Virus record (IMG/VR): IMGVR_UViG_3300031631_000019
Coordinates: 1-25,737 of that record
DNA: 25,737 bases
Reading direction: 5' to 3' (one strand)
Source of the DNA: a virus
Taxonomy: Duplodnaviria > Caudoviricetes
Shown: in pieces, positions 9,037 through 16,263 of the stretch
Position numbering within the stretch: the first letter of the stretch is position 1
Layout of the letters: each line of letters opens with the position of its first letter
Notes under the pieces: generated by a model
Seen by the model: only the letters and a program-made list of their open reading frames with translations
Told to the model about the DNA's origin: nothing
The model's database searches: none
Translations under genes and position numbers: made by a program

Positions 9037-11134
9037 CCATTTCCCCTCTAAAATCGTTCTGAGCAGCATCAAGTTCTGGCATATTCTCTCGCGCCATTCG
9101 GGTCTGCTCTATCTCGCTGTTGATGAGTAAGTCGTAATCTTTCCTGATAAGATCATGTTCCTTCAGGATATAGTCTCGATCTTCTTTGCGGATTTTAGCC
9201 TGGAGGGAGTAGACCTTTTCTTGCATCTTCCCCTGGTCGTCTCCGTACTTCCGCTTAATGTCCGCCATGGATGACTCGTACTTGAGTTTAGCCTTCTCAC
9301 GCTCTACCTGGTTAAACTCTTTTTGTACCTCGATCATCGGATCAGGCTTAGGTGGTTCTTTCGGTCCAAGTTTTTCTGGGTTGGTAAAGAAGTTCTCTGG
9401 GTTGTGTAGCCCAACGGCCTCTACAAACTTCGACCTGGCATTGTACGAGTTCTTCTCAGAGACAAGTCTTGCCCCTTCAGGAGTCATCTGGTCAGCTCGC
9501 TGCATGGCAATAACATCTTTTAGCCCCATGACCTGCGCCTGTTTATTACCAGAACCGAGTCCTACAGTGACTGTCATGTCGTCGCGTTCTCTCCACGATG
9601 ATGGATTAACTGATACCCACGATCCCTGCTGCTTCATCTGGTAGGCCTTGTCCTGATGCCTGGTAAGCAGTGCATGGATCTTCAGCATAAGAGGCTTCAT
9701 GCCACTCTCTGCAAAAATCCGCGCCAGTGCTTCCATTCGCTGGTTGGCTTGCTCTAAAGCCCCCATATACGCCCCATCAGTAACTCTGGAGAGTGCATCA
9801 GCATCTAAGCCCATAGTGCCCTTAGAAACGCCTATACGAACTTCCTTCATGTCTTCAAAAACCTTAAAAGCCGGAACTACCTGGCCGATAATCGGGTGCA
9901 TGGGTTCTGTACGCATCTGGTTGACATCCAAGGCCCTTATAGGCAGTTTCGGGATGTCGTTCATGACGTCACCAAGGTTAACTCCCCGGCCTACTACGGT
10001 ACGGGGGTTGTTGGTACGATACATGTTGTCGAGAAGCTGACGGGTGATAGTGGTATAGATCCGTTGGATGTCTTCAACCAGCTCCATCCATGATTGGCCT
10101 ATGGATGAGTGTGGCAGTGGTACTGCAGTAACTCCGATGAATGGGCACATATCATGCTCTTCATTCGACAGTACGGTGTCCCCTGACGACATTACCTGCC
10201 GGTACTCAGCTACTCCATCGCCGTTATAGTCGATCCACAGGTAGGTCTCATCTACTTCAATAAGCTCTGAGGACGGGTCATTCGACTCAGTGTCGTTAAA
10301 GTCCGCGTTCTCCCCTTCTGTAAGATCCCTTCTGGCGCTACGCTCACTGGAGGCGGAGGTCTTGGCATCAAGATCGTAAACGACTTTAGTGCTAAAGCCC
10401 ATCTCAACCAGCTTGCTGCGAGTTGTAGTGGTGCAGTGATTAATAAAATCCGCTTTTTCAAGAGAAACGGAAGTTATCTTGCCATCAATAGCAATTTCTT
10501 CCGGGGGTATAGGGTCAACAACGACCTTACCTTTTTTGGCTGTTCTATGAATTTTGAGGTCGTAAGAAATAAAAGTAACCGGGCCAACAGGAGTGTCCAG
10601 CGTAACTGAGTTGGTGTCATACTCGATGGGTTCTACACCATCCTCGGAAAGAAGCTGTTCAGCCTCTTTTTCGGTAAGGCCCGTATACTCTTCCGTTTTT
10701 GTGGTTTCTGTCTCTTCCCAGTAGACCTTGATGTACGCCCCTGGATTCATTAACATATCCTTGATCCATACTAAGATAGTCATAAATCCGTCATTTTGAC
10801 GCAAAACACGGTTTACTGCGATGGTTTCTTGCTTGGCTTGCTCCTCATCGTTCTCATCGAGGGCATCAAATTCTGCTATGGTAGGGGTGGAGAGGAAAAT
10901 ACGTAGGAGTGAGGGTAGTGTCCATTCTACAGCTTCAAGACACTGCCTGGTAACGATAGAAGACTGACCAGCCTTCTCGTTCCCATATTTAGATCCCATG
11001 TAGCGTTCTAGCAGGGCTTCACGCCTTAGAGACAGCGCTCCCTCTGCATAGTTAAGTCCACTGGTCTTTCGGCCACTGATTATTGCTAACAGCTCCGAGT
11101 CTTCGATTTTCGGATTCACTCTTTTCTTGGCCAT
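9029..11134 (-). CDS. Portal protein (P22-like)
   Basis: 701 aa with YMG..YGNE..GQSSIV, VEWTLPSLLRIF, KVYW, DYNGDGVAE, DIQ...T...RQLLDNMY and VTVGLGSG motifs and a C-terminal coiled-coil barrel. Confidence 0.92.
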   Translation of the reverse strand: MAKKRVNPKIEDSELLAIISGRKTSGLNYAEGALSLRREALLERYMGSKYGNEKAGQSSIVTRQCLEAVEWTLPSLLRIFLSTPTIAEFDALDENDEEQAKQETIAVNRVLRQNDGFMTILVWIKDMLMNPGAYIKVYWEETETTKTEEYTGLTEKEAEQLLSEDGVEPIEYDTNSVTLDTPVGPVTFISYDLKIHRTAKKGKVVVDPIPPEEIAIDGKITSVSLEKADFINHCTTTTRSKLVEMGFSTKVVYDLDAKTSASSERSARRDLTEGENADFNDTESNDPSSELIEVDETYLWIDYNGDGVAEYRQVMSSGDTVLSNEEHDMCPFIGVTAVPLPHSSIGQSWMELVEDIQRIYTTITRQLLDNMYRTNNPRTVVGRGVNLGDVMNDIPKLPIRALDVNQMRTEPMHPIIGQVVPAFKVFEDMKEVRIGVSKGTMGLDADALSRVTDGAYMGALEQANQRMEALARIFAESGMKPLMLKIHALLTRHQDKAYQMKQQGSWVSVNPSSWRERDDMTVTVGLGSGNKQAQVMGLKDVIAMQRADQMTPEGARLVSEKNSYNARSKFVEAVGLHNPENFFTNPEKLGPKEPPKPDPMIEVQKEFNQVEREKAKLKYESSMADIKRKYGDDQGKMQEKVYSLQAKIRKEDRDYILKEHDLIRKDYDLLINSEIEQTRMARENMPELDAAQNDFRGEMDG

Positions 11135-11170
11135 GTCAGCGTCAACTCCATTTGATAGGGTCTTTTTCTA

Positions 11171-11199
11171 AGAATATGCTACCCTGTGGCATTCGTCAA
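11171..11199 (-). promoter_or_regulatory. Sigma70-type promoter upstream of the portal gene
   Basis: TTGACG (11199-11194), 17-nt spacer, TATTCT (11176-11171). Confidence 0.6.
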
Positions 11200-11390
11200 G
11201 TTAATTTCTTATATCGTCTACGTTGTCCTGTTGCCCTGTTATCTCTTTCCACTGCCATCCCTAGCTTCCCGTCTTCAACTGCAAAGGCCACTCGGTGTAC
11301 GAGGCCGCAGTCACAACACGCCAATTTATAGACCTCTCCGAGGGGGACCTCAAACCCTTCGCCGTCCTCCCGTAGCTTATAGCTCACCAC
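11196..11390 (-). CDS. Small Cys/His protein (CCDCGLVH motif)
   Basis: 64-aa ORF with a GTG start overlapping the upstream stop. Putative zinc knuckle. Confidence 0.7.
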   Translation of the reverse strand: MVSYKLREDGEGFEVPLGEVYKLACCDCGLVHRVAFAVEDGKLGMAVERDNRATGQRRRYKKLT

Positions 11391-11560
11391 TTCTTCACCA
11401 ACTCGTTAAGCTCTCGGTATCTCTGCTTCTCCTGATCCTCCGGGAACAAAGGAGTATAAGTAACGGGTTCTGTCCGGGGGGGATACGTCGTGGTGGAGTA
11501 CTGATTGCTCGGGCAGGTTTTACAGCACTCACGGGGCAACGAACAGCAGCAGCTTCTCAT
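11384..11560 (-). CDS. Small Cys-rich protein (58 aa, MRSCCCSLPRECCKTCPSNQ...LVKKW)
   Basis: Not in the ORF track. Strong AAGGAG RBS directly after the terL stop, and its stop overlaps the next start. Confidence 0.7.
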   Translation of the reverse strand: MRSCCCSLPRECCKTCPSNQYSTTTYPPRTEPVTYTPLFPEDQEKQRYRELNELVKKW

Positions 11561-11570
11561 AATTTTCTCC

Positions 11571-12998
11571 TTAAACTATCCAGTCAGAAAACTCATTATT
11601 TGTACTATTTTCCTGACTGAGGTCTTGCGTCAGCCAGTCATCATTAAACATTCCGGCGATCCAGTTAACTGCAAGTACCCGAAATGCATCAGAAATATGG
11701 GAACTCCAGTCATGCACTGCTTGCTCACGGAACACTTTGAGCTTCTCATCCCATACCCTGTGGTACGATTTAAGGGAGTCGATGAAGTAACCCAGGTTCT
11801 CTTCATGAAACTGACAGCGTGGTATAAGCTGCCGGGCGGCCTCGATACCATCCTCCTTAGAGCTTCTAGGCGTAACCAGTATGTCGATCCCCATGTCACG
11901 GGCCGTATTAAGCCTGGTGTTCTTCTCCGGGTCACGGTTAGCTGCATCATGAGGGCCAAAATGGGCTGAGTAGACATACGGTTTAGCGTTTACTACTTTA
12001 CAGACCTCGGAGAATTTAACATCTACCTCCGAAAAACAGTCGATTATCCTCGGATCTCCCCCTTTGGTCTCCTGTGCAAACACCACAACGTTCGAGTCAA
12101 GCCCTAGATCCCAGGCAGTGAACACCGGTTTACCTGGGTCATGTGGAAAATACCCTATACGATCATCAGCTCTGGCTCGCTCCATAAGCTCACCGTAGTA
12201 AGCCCCTACCAAGGCCGCTTCAAAGTCACAATAAAACTCCTGTCTGGCCATAGACTCAGGCATACCATCCTCAATCTCTTGCAAGTACTGTGCCTGGGTG
12301 ATAATGGGTCCGCCGTAGTGATCGTGTGTGTCCTCGATGGTCAGTAGCGAGTGATGCCACCTTTCAGGGTTCTGTCTGGCGGTGTTATGGAGATCGTACC
12401 CATGGTTCTTACCCCTGGCGGTATAAATGAAGATAGCCCAGCCACCGTTCTCGGTGAGTATTGGTCTGAGGTATGTCCAGGCCATCGGGTCCTGCAGGGA
12501 GTATTCGGAGAGTATAATTCCTCTAGGATTTGTGCCCATCCAGGAGTTGTAGTTGTCGGCTCCGCCTACCTGGTAGGTCGATCCGTTCTGAAACTCAATG
12601 AGCATTTCAGACTCATATTTCTTCTTAATCAGAGAGGCCGGTATCCTGTCAAGAAACTTTATACCCGTCTTGTCCACACCCCTCCAGATAGCCTTCTTCG
12701 CCTGTGTCTGCTCGGGGAGGAGATGCAGATAGTTACCAACCTGCTCCTGCGCCGCCATGACAGCCACATTTATGGAGCTGAGATCCTTACCAGCCCTTCT
12801 GTGCCAGATGAGAGCTATTCTATCTTTTCTGGGTGTTGAGAGTAGCCGTAAGTCCTTGTACATATGAGGAAACAGGGGCCGAAAGAGGTTGTCCTCCTGA
12901 TACCTTCGTGGGGTGTAGTTAAACGGGAGTTCCACCTTATTCGATTTTTGTCGCCTGGATGGGGATAAAACCTGCGGTATGGGGTTAGCATGTACCAT
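11571..12998 (-). CDS. terL: Terminase large subunit
   Basis: YTPRRYQ adenine motif, WHRRAGKD Walker A, IILSEY Walker B, YTARGKNH coupling motif, QEFYCDF, and nuclease motifs AWDLG and HDWSSHISDAFR. Start placed at 12998 behind GGAGGT. Confidence 0.95.
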   Translation of the reverse strand: MVHANPIPQVLSPSRRQKSNKVELPFNYTPRRYQEDNLFRPLFPHMYKDLRLLSTPRKDRIALIWHRRAGKDLSSINVAVMAAQEQVGNYLHLLPEQTQAKKAIWRGVDKTGIKFLDRIPASLIKKKYESEMLIEFQNGSTYQVGGADNYNSWMGTNPRGIILSEYSLQDPMAWTYLRPILTENGGWAIFIYTARGKNHGYDLHNTARQNPERWHHSLLTIEDTHDHYGGPIITQAQYLQEIEDGMPESMARQEFYCDFEAALVGAYYGELMERARADDRIGYFPHDPGKPVFTAWDLGLDSNVVVFAQETKGGDPRIIDCFSEVDVKFSEVCKVVNAKPYVYSAHFGPHDAANRDPEKNTRLNTARDMGIDILVTPRSSKEDGIEAARQLIPRCQFHEENLGYFIDSLKSYHRVWDEKLKVFREQAVHDWSSHISDAFRVLAVNWIAGMFNDDWLTQDLSQENSTNNEFSDWIV

Positions 12999-13137
12999 AA
13001 AGACGGTACCTCCAGTACTTGTACCTACCATGCAGCCACGCTGCAGCCTTTGATTTATGCTCTACCTTGCAGTAATCGCAGCAGGTCCATATGAACCTAA
13101 TTCGATAGGTGGCATGAACTTGTGTGGGCTTAATCAT
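12985..13137 (-). CDS. Small Cys/His protein between terS and terL (50 aa, MIKPTQ...WTCCDYCKVEHKSKAAAWLHG...GTC)
   Basis: Not in the ORF track. Its ATG overlaps the terS stop (ATGA), and it ends overlapping the terL start. Confidence 0.6.
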   Translation of the reverse strand: MIKPTQVHATYRIRFIWTCCDYCKVEHKSKAAAWLHGRYKYWRYRLYGTC

Positions 13138-13811
13138 CGCATAAACTCCGGTACTGCCTGTTGAGGTGGGTGATCGATAATTGGCGCGAGGTTGGCGGCC
13201 TGTTTTAGTTCGGTAGTGCTACCCCCTAGGTTGAACGTTACTTGGGGCGCCTTGGCCGCGTTAGCGTCGTTAAAAAGGCCTTCCAGGTCTGCTATCATCT
13301 GGATAGACTTTAATTTATCATGAAATTTATACCTTGGTATACCGTCTCGATCCACATAAAACTCCTTTATAGCGGCTCTGACGTAGCGGGGTAGGGTTCT
13401 GAGGTCTCTGACTTCCCGTGTGGACGTTGTTTCGACGTCGGTGTCCGGGTCTCGGGTAGTATGATCCTCCTGAACCAAAGAGGGGTCCACAAAGGCGATG
13501 GCGGCCAGCTCCTGTTTGATTCGTTCGGCGGAGGTGGTCATACTGGCTTTGTGGAGGATAGAGAAGTGATCTACCCGCTCCTGCACTGCTTCACTACGGA
13601 GGAGGTTACAGGCCAGGGCATACAGTTCCGGCTGAGAGAGCTTGTTTGACTCAGATAGCGGTATAATTGCCGCCTTTATCAACGAGCCAACGCGATCCCC
13701 TCCAGCAGCAATAAGCTGTGCAAAGTCAACCTCTCGCTGCCTGGGCGAATACTTGAAGTCCGGGACAGGCATGTAGCTCTCTGTCTGAGGGGCGAATTGT
13801 AGATTATCCAT
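13134..13811 (-). CDS. terS: Terminase small subunit
   Basis: SAERIKQELAAIAFVD and YKFHDKLKSIQMI motifs, upstream of terL. Start moved to ATG 13811 because the longer ORF spans the promoter. Confidence 0.8.
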   Translation of the reverse strand: MDNLQFAPQTESYMPVPDFKYSPRQREVDFAQLIAAGGDRVGSLIKAAIIPLSESNKLSQPELYALACNLLRSEAVQERVDHFSILHKASMTTSAERIKQELAAIAFVDPSLVQEDHTTRDPDTDVETTSTREVRDLRTLPRYVRAAIKEFYVDRDGIPRYKFHDKLKSIQMIADLEGLFNDANAAKAPQVTFNLGGSTTELKQAANLAPIIDHPPQQAVPEFMR

Positions 13812-13818
13812 AATGTGA

Positions 13819-13847
13819 AGTATAACGGGGTTACGAGGGGTTGTCAA
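13819..13847 (-). promoter_or_regulatory. Near-consensus sigma70 promoter for the packaging/virion arm
   Basis: TTGACA (13847-13842), 17-nt spacer, TATACT (13824-13819). Confidence 0.8.
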
Positions 13848-13864
13848 GCTATATACTCTATAAA

Positions 13865-13970
13865 GTACATCGAGGCTCCATATCCTGAAACATTTGAAAT
13901 TTGAAACACACATAAATGTGGTGTACTTACTGAGGTATATCGAGGCCTTATATTCTGAAACATTTGAAAT
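13865..13970 (+). repeat. Two 36-bp direct repeats separated by 34 bp
   Basis: GTACATCGAGGCTCCATATCCTGAAACATTTGAAAT (13865-13900) and GTATATCGAGGCCTTATATTCTGAAACATTTGAAAT (13935-13970), 31/36 identical. Confidence 0.9.
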
Positions 13971-14038
13971 CTGTAGTGCAATTGTAATAGGAGGCGGCCC
14001 GTAAATGGGGGTCGTCGTTATATCAGATCTGAGGTGTC

Positions 14039-14151
14039 ACATTGTGGTAGTGCTACATTGTGGTAGTAGATGTCTAGTACTACGCTGTGGTACTGCTACA
14101 TTGTGGTAGTAGATGTCTAGTACTACGCTGTGGTACTGCTACATTGTGGTA
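14039..14151. repeat. 43-bp perfect tandem repeat (about 2.4 copies) built from TGTGGTA sub-units
   Basis: TGCTACATTGTGGTAGTAGATGTCTAGTACTACGCTGTGGTAC at 14051 and 14094, with partial copies at 14039 and 14137. TGTGGTA occurs six times. Confidence 0.95.
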
Positions 14152-14203
14152 TAGACATAGAGTACCCGACATAAGATACTTGGTTGAGATGAAACAATTG
14201 TGT

Positions 14204-14279
14204 TGTACTTAACAAAGTACAATGTACTTAACAGAGTACAATGTACTTAACAAAGTATGGTGTACCATACAAAGTACGG
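14204..14279. repeat. 19-bp tandem repeat x4, each unit a GTAC-N8-GTAC palindrome
   Basis: TGTACTTAACAAAGTACAA, TGTACTTAACAGAGTACAA, TGTACTTAACAAAGTATGG, TGTACCATACAAAGTACGG. Confidence 0.9.
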
Positions 14280-14346
14280 GTATTATACCAGGTTTAATGG
14301 TGGCTGACCAGGGAAAGGTAGTGATAGCCGTTACTTAGCCCATTTA

Positions 14347-14514
14347 ATGTACATCAGCACGTCTTTTCTTGGGATCAACTACATGTTTTCTCTTTAATGT
14401 GTATATATAATATTTTTTTTTCTATATACTTTTAAATGTATATTTATTCTTTTTCTCGGATACTTAAAGGAAAAACATCCGGTTGATCCCAAGAAAAGAC
14501 TTCACTAAGTACAT
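14347..14514. repeat. Long inverted repeat flanking an AT-rich core (candidate replication origin)
   Basis: Perfect 19-bp arms GTCTTTTCTTGGGATCAAC (14361-14379) and GTTGATCCCAAGAAAAGAC (14482-14500), with imperfect extension inward and outward around a ~65-bp almost pure A/T core. Confidence 0.85.
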
Positions 14515-14641
14515 ACATTTAGAAGTATTCTTTACGGAGTATGTTGTGCTTTATCAGGTATGTACATCACTAAGTAGCTACTCGCCTAACCTGGCCCGTA
14601 AAAATAAAACCGAGTGATGTACTTTATTATGTATATTGTAC

Positions 14642-14670
14642 TTGACAATGTATTGAACCTGGTTTATTTT
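14642..14670 (+). promoter_or_regulatory. Sigma70-type promoter for the early arm
   Basis: TTGACA (14642-14647), 17-nt spacer, TATTTT (14665-14670), with AT-rich sequence upstream. Confidence 0.6.
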
Positions 14671-14678
14671 TCTCTCAT

Positions 14679-14744
14679 ACCTTTACGAAGTACACATCAA
14701 ACCTTTACGGAGTACACCTCAAACCTCAACGGAGTATATACCCC
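14679..14744 (+). repeat. 22-bp tandem repeat x3 in the early leader
   Basis: ACCTTTACGAAGTACACATCAA, ACCTTTACGGAGTACACCTCAA, ACCTCAACGGAGTATATACCCC, plus an isolated core CTTTACGGAGTA at 14530-14541. Confidence 0.85.
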
Positions 14745-14882
14745 ATGATATCAAAACGCGCTCTGAAGTATCAACACACTACCTGGTTTGCTAACTTACA
14801 CCAATATTTGTTCTGGTTTAATAGTCATCTTGATAACCGACACTATTATCAAATAGCTAAGCCAACAGTTTATAGCTGTTAA
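14745..14882 (+). CDS. Small early protein (45 aa, MISKRALKYQHTTWF...VYSC)
   Basis: Not in the ORF track. First ATG after the early promoter, with GGAG 10 nt upstream. Confidence 0.45.
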   Translation: MISKRALKYQHTTWFANLHQYLFWFNSHLDNRHYYQIAKPTVYSC

Positions 14883-15042
14883 TCATTAGTGGATTGCTGC
14901 TGGCTGTCTCACCATAGCCAGCGGCGACCTGGGAATGGACCAGATAATTTAACAACGGAGAACAAACCCATGACACTACAACACGTAACAAACTGTCAGC
15001 TACTCAACTAAAACACTATTACTATATAGGGAGACTATCAAA

Positions 15043-15228
15043 ATGGAAACATTACTAGACAAGATTGAGGCAGTTATAGCTGGCAACGGTGTACGGTCCT
15101 TTGGTTATTCCCTACCGGACCTCTTGAACTTTAACAATGAGGAGTTAACGGTCCTCTGCAACTACGGACTGATACTTGATAAAGATTTGCATTTTATAAT
15201 ACTCAACAGGGAGCAAAAACAATGTTAA
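15043..15228 (+). CDS. Hypothetical early protein (61 aa)
   Basis: AGGGAG RBS and overlap with the next gene. Confidence 0.7.
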   Translation: METLLDKIEAVIAGNGVRSFGYSLPDLLNFNNEELTVLCNYGLILDKDLHFIILNREQKQC

Positions 15229-15848
15229 TACCTATAATTATAGACGCCATATCGTTAGCCACCAGTAAAACCGATGATAGTATGTATGCACTGGACCATG
15301 TACAGCTAAAAGAGAAAACTCTATATGCCTCAAACGAGTACTCAATGTACTACGCGGACCTGCCAACTACTGATGAGACGGAATACCCGCATATATCTCC
15401 TGATAATGCTGCTCTCAATCCTCACCCTACCGACGCCGTAATGCTACCCGCCGCAACTATTAGAAAAGCAATAGCAAACAGACCAAAACCACGTGAGTGT
15501 AACAACCTAGCTATTCTATCTGATAATATTCAACTGGCTGTTACCAAAGACAAGATACACCTATCCACTACGGATCTAAACAATACAGATACTGTTACCA
15601 CGAACAACAAAGACTTAGAATACCCGGACGTTCAGACGTTCATTAGTAATCTGCCAGATATAAACAGCCAAGACGTAAGAAACGTACACTTGTCAATTAG
15701 TGAACTCGAACTTCTCTGTAAAATATCGAAGAAGGCAGGAGAGGACCGAGTAACCTTAACCGTAGCCGGTCCGCATAATCTGGTCCGCATAACACCGGAA
15801 AACAAATCCTTTACTGGCATAATCATGCCGAACTACACAGGTAATTAA
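15222..15848 (+). CDS. Truncated DNA polymerase III beta-clamp-like protein (208 aa)
   Basis: ATSKTDDSMYALDHV...YASNEYSM resembles the clamp domain II pattern (S.DE.RY.L.GV...ATDGHRL), YPDVQTFI resembles FPDY..VIP, and the C-terminal GIIMP resembles clamp VMP ends. Confidence 0.55.
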   Translation: MLIPIIIDAISLATSKTDDSMYALDHVQLKEKTLYASNEYSMYYADLPTTDETEYPHISPDNAALNPHPTDAVMLPAATIRKAIANRPKPRECNNLAILSDNIQLAVTKDKIHLSTTDLNNTDTVTTNNKDLEYPDVQTFISNLPDINSQDVRNVHLSISELELLCKISKKAGEDRVTLTVAGPHNLVRITPENKSFTGIIMPNYTGN

Positions 15849-15939
15849 CTGTTTGCTACCTGCATAACCAGGAGCAGCACTAACTTGTTGACCCTGGTTG
15901 CCTGGGAAGTAACCAGTAATTCAAAACAGAGGATACATT

Positions 15940-16263
15940 ATGAAGAGTCGAGACATAAAAGAAATAGATATTATAGCAAAGGAAGGGTTTGACCGGGTAA
16001 ATGGTAACAGTTATTTCTCTGCACGTGTTCATGTAGTTTTCAGAAACAAAAAAGCTGTTACTGTTTATGTCCCGTTCCAATATGGATAGGGAACACACTA
16101 TATAGATGTGGCACTTGAGGCAGTAAAGAAAGAACTGAACTGTTTTAATGCAGTGAGCCACTCCGCAACTTGGCAAATATGTAACAAGTATAATATCAAA
16201 CTCCGTAATACCATGATTGACAACCAACTCAAGAAAAACGTTATCCTATGGGGAACAATATGA
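15940..16263 (+). pseudogene. 107-codon hypothetical phage gene interrupted by an in-frame TAG at 16087-16089
   Basis: Not in the ORF track. GAGGA RBS, MKSRDIKEIDIIAKEGFDRVNGNSYFSAR...VPFQYG*GTHYIDVALE...WGTI, ending in a TGA that overlaps the next ATG (16260). Confidence 0.75.

Noticed and set aside
13812-13913. 34-aa N-terminal extension of terS in the ORF track
   Set aside because: It spans the promoter and the 36-bp repeat and has no RBS.
14039-14279. CRISPR array interpretation of the 43-bp and 19-bp repeats
   Set aside because: The units are head-to-tail with no unique spacers.
15880-16227. 115-aa minus-strand ORF in the early region
   Set aside because: It is antisense to the RBS-led, amber-interrupted plus-strand gene, which fits the operon better.
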